Positions 63,973 to 64,000 of a stretch of DNA of 64,000 nt are shown here, in pieces. Source of the stretch: Eledone cirrhosa. Taxonomy: Eukaryota. The notes below the pieces were generated by a model. It was not told the DNA's origin, did no database searches, and saw only the letters and a program-made list of their open reading frames with translations. Position numbers and translations under genes: made by a program. The stretch is from positions 246,946,001-247,010,000 of the forward strand of contig OZ024741.1 in assembly GCA_964016885.1 (NCBI GenBank). Direction: 5' to 3'. Within the stretch, counting starts at the first letter, position 1. Each line of letters opens with the position of its first letter.

Positions 63973-64000
63973 GGAAATTATCTCCCCTTGGAAGGATGGA

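Larger units (their letters stand above)
1..64000 (+). repeat. Composite satellite DNA array of two interspersed monomer types sharing a 16-bp core: A 25 bp AAATTATCTCCCCTTGGACGGCTGG; B 26-29 bp AAATTATCTCCCCCTGA(T7-10)AC. Open at both window ends.
   Basis: The core AAATTATCTCCCC(C/T)TG or a 1-4 nt variant recurs every ~22-29 bp from the first line to the last. It is always on the same strand, and I saw no non-repeat sequence. Confidence 0.99.

Noticed and set aside
1-64000. CRISPR-like pattern of constant repeat plus variable spacer
   Set aside because: The core is only 16 bp, and the 'spacers' are 8-13 bp drawn from a handful of reused variants. There are no unique spacers, no leader and no cas genes.
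1-64000. Telomerase-type long telomeric repeat (25-bp unit, C-rich/G-rich strand asymmetry)
   Set aside because: Kilobase-scale HORs with inherited private variants indicate recombinational or replicative amplification rather than templated addition of a single unit. It matches no telomere motif I recognise. A subtelomeric location is not excluded.
1-64000. G-quadruplex or i-motif potential from G4-5 runs on the minus strand
   Set aside because: The G runs are separated by ~21-24 nt, far beyond canonical loop lengths, so stable intramolecular G4 is not supported by sequence alone.

Overview
The whole 64 kb window is one uninterrupted, head-to-tail satellite (tandem repeat) array in a single orientation. 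I see no credible genes, RNA genes or mobile elements, and I cannot name the organism or repeat family from sequence alone. About 2,400 monomers (estimated as 64,000/26.2) share a 16-bp core, AAATTATCTCCCC(C/T)TG, followed by one of two unrelated tails. Type A is 25 bp, AAATTATCTCCCCTTGGACGGCTGG, about 52% GC. Type B is 26-29 bp, AAATTATCTCCCCCTGA(T7-10)AC, about 30% GC. A monomers occur in a few stereotyped blocks (my labels P, P', Q, R, S) separated by B runs. These form a ~1.25 kb, 48-monomer higher-order repeat (HOR) that has been shuffled by in-register recombination and re-amplified as nested tandem duplications of ~2.4, ~3.2-3.4, ~4.65, 9.0 and ~9.7 kb. All ORFs in the track are by-products of the repeat. 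The interesting content is the multi-level repeat grammar, the nucleosome-scale segment lengths, and a readable duplication history.
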